NCBI GenBank assembly: GCA_022819985.1
Contig: JAJEGH010000014.1
Coordinates: forward strand, 8,086 to 72,085
Reading direction: 5' to 3'
Source: Alphaproteobacteria bacterium
Lineage (GTDB): Bacteria > Pseudomonadota > Alphaproteobacteria > Bin65
Length of the DNA: 64,000 bases
Positions 62,611 to 64,000 of this stretch are shown here, piece by piece; position 1 is the first letter of the stretch, and each line of letters opens with the position of its first letter. Made by a program: the position numbers and the translations under genes. The notes under the pieces are model-generated. The model saw only the letters and a program-made list of their open reading frames with translations. It ran no database searches and was not told the origin of the DNA.

Positions 62611-63304
62611 CCGCCTGACCTGCGGCTACGGACCCTTCCGGGCGGTCGCCGATCTGAGCCTGGAGGTTCCGGACGGCAGCGTGCTCGCGCTGATCGGCGC
62701 CAACGGAGCGGGCAAATCCTCGACCCTGATGGCGGTCGCCGGCCATGTCGCCGCGATGGACGGCCGGATACGGTTCGACGGCGCCGACATCACCGGCGAA
62801 CCGGCGCGCGCCCGGGTCCGCCGGGGAATCGCGCTGGCGCCGGAGGGCCGCCGCCTGTTCCCGGACCTGAGCGTGCAGGAGAACCTGACCGTCGGCGGCT
62901 ACAGCCGGCCGCGCGCGGCGGAAGCGCGCAATGTCGAGCGGGTCGTCACGCTGTTTCCGCGACTGAAAGACCGGCTGGCGCAACTCGCGGGCTCGATGTC
63001 CGGCGGCGAACAGCAGATGCTGGCGATCGGCCGCGCCCTGATGGCCGAGCCGAAGCTCCTGATGATCGACGAGGTCTCGCTCGGCCTCATGCCGGCGGTG
63101 ATCGACATGTGCTACGAAGCGCTCGGCCGGCTGCGCGACGACGGGCTGGCCATCCTGCTGGTCGAGCAGAGCACCCAGCGCGCCTTCGACATCGCCGATA
63201 CCGTGTGCGTCCTCGAATCCGGCAGGGCGGTCTGGACCGGCGCCGCCGAAGCCGCGCGCAAGGATCCGGGCCTCGTCGAAGCCTATCTGGGGCTGGCGCA
63301 ATGA
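62597..63304 (+). CDS. Branched-chain amino acid-type ABC transporter ATP-binding protein (LivF-like)
   Basis: GANGAGKSS, MSGGEQQMLAIGRAL, LLMIDEVSLGLMP. Overlaps the preceding gene by 14 nt. Confidence 0.9.
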   Translation: MLQLDRLTCGYGPFRAVADLSLEVPDGSVLALIGANGAGKSSTLMAVAGHVAAMDGRIRFDGADITGEPARARVRRGIALAPEGRRLFPDLSVQENLTVGGYSRPRAAEARNVERVVTLFPRLKDRLAQLAGSMSGGEQQMLAIGRALMAEPKLLMIDEVSLGLMPAVIDMCYEALGRLRDDGLAILLVEQSTQRAFDIADTVCVLESGRAVWTGAAEAARKDPGLVEAYLGLAQ

Positions 63305-64000
63305 GCGGATCGGCGCCCGCAGCGGCTTTCGACGCGGCCGGCCCGACGCCGCTTTACCAGCAGGTCAAGGACTATGTCCGCCGGTCGATCCTGACCGGGG
63401 CGTGGCCGGTCGACCACCGCATCCCGTCGGAGACCGAACTGGTCCGCCTGTCCGGCGCCAGCCGGATGACGGTGCACCGGGCGCTGCGCGAACTCAAGGA
63501 CGACGGCTGGCTGCGCCGGGTCCAGGGGCAGGGAACCTTCGTCGCCGACCCGCGGGCCCGGCTCGACCTGCTGGAAATCCGCAATATCGCCGACGTGATC
63601 CGCCGCCGCGGCGCCTACAGTTGCGACGTCATCCGCCACGAACGCGCCCTGCCGTCGGAGGAGATCGCGGAGGAACTGGAGACCGGGCCGAAGGCGGACC
63701 TGTTTCACAGCCGGCTGGTCCACCGGCTCGACGCCGCGCCGTTCCAGCTCGAGGACCGCTGGGTCAACCCGGCCGCCGCGCCGGACTATCTCGGCGTCGA
63801 TCTCACGCGCCAGACGCCGAACGAATACCTCATGCGCGCCGCACCGCTGAGCGAAGTCGAACACAGGCTCGAAGCCGTACTGCCCGGGCCGGTCGAACAG
63901 GAACTGCTCGGTATCGGCCGGCATCAGCCCTGCCTGCTGCTGCACCGGCGCACCTGGTCCGGCGGCCGGGTCGCCTCGCGCGCCTGGCTGACCCATCCGG
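63301..64000 (+). CDS. GntR-family transcriptional regulator, HutC subfamily (3' end outside the window)
   Basis: Not in the supplied ORF track because there is no stop inside the window. My own translation from the ATG at 63301 (ATGA overlap with the livF-like stop) gives MSGSAPAAAF..PLYQQVKDYVRRSILTGAWPVDHRIPSETELVRLSGASRMTVHRALRELKDDGWLRRVQGQGTFV, followed by a UTRA-like domain. Confidence 0.85.
   Translation, partial: MSGSAPAAAFDAAGPTPLYQQVKDYVRRSILTGAWPVDHRIPSETELVRLSGASRMTVHRALRELKDDGWLRRVQGQGTFVADPRARLDLLEIRNIADVIRRRGAYSCDVIRHERALPSEEIAEELETGPKADLFHSRLVHRLDAAPFQLEDRWVNPAAAPDYLGVDLTRQTPNEYLMRAAPLSEVEHRLEAVLPGPVEQELLGIGRHQPCLLLHRRTWSGGRVASRAWLTHP

Overview
This is a visibly GC-rich segment (about two-thirds G+C by eye, not computed), tightly packed with genes, and its synteny looks alphaproteobacterial. 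That inference rests on lpxI lying between lpxA and lpxB, the skp-bamA-rseP-dxr-cdsA-uppS-frr-pyrH-tsf-rpsB block, class II DAHP synthase and cbtAB. I recognised no rRNA, tRNA, CRISPR array, transposase, integrase or phage gene.

Gene content, left to right:
- gltX (3' part) and gltA.
- An adenine-deaminase-like gene with a NitT/TauT-type ABC importer.
- A 15-gene minus-strand core block running gloA-lpxB-lpxI-lpxA-fabZ-skp-bamA-rseP-dxr-cdsA-uppS-frr-pyrH-tsf-rpsB.
- A 1.1-kb gene-free gap (21.9-23.0 kb). It holds a promoter-plus-terminator small-RNA candidate, an over-represented CCGAAGG/CCTTCGG motif array, and an AT-rich cluster of four DnaA-box-like 9-mers.
- purB, followed by a small toxin-antitoxin islet: an orphan Phd/YefM antitoxin and a parDE pair.
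- A one-carbon / quaternary-amine island, which I consider the most interesting system. It comprises a dimethylglycine-dehydrogenase-family enzyme, a PanB paralog, a SAM methyltransferase and a non-pyrrolysine MttB-superfamily methyltransferase. These converge on a five-gene operon: corrinoid protein, DUF1638-like protein, a small unknown protein, a methyl-THF:corrinoid methyltransferase and a RACo/RamA-like activase.
- Prx5-type peroxiredoxin and an ArsR-SRPBCC-hydrolase operon.
- cbtBA cobalt transporter genes behind a clear cobalamin riboswitch.
- SDRs, DAHP synthase and a NAPRTase-family gene.
- Three tandem paralogous secreted proteins.
- Two complete LIV-type ABC importers in mirror-image arrangement, followed by a translationally coupled HutC/GntR-type regulator that runs off the window end.

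Several intergenic palindromic (REP/MITE-like) elements and short tandem repeats are also present.

Many long ORFs in the supplied track are antisense shadow ORFs typical of high-GC DNA, and I rejected them. All family assignments come from reading the translations; no database search was possible.
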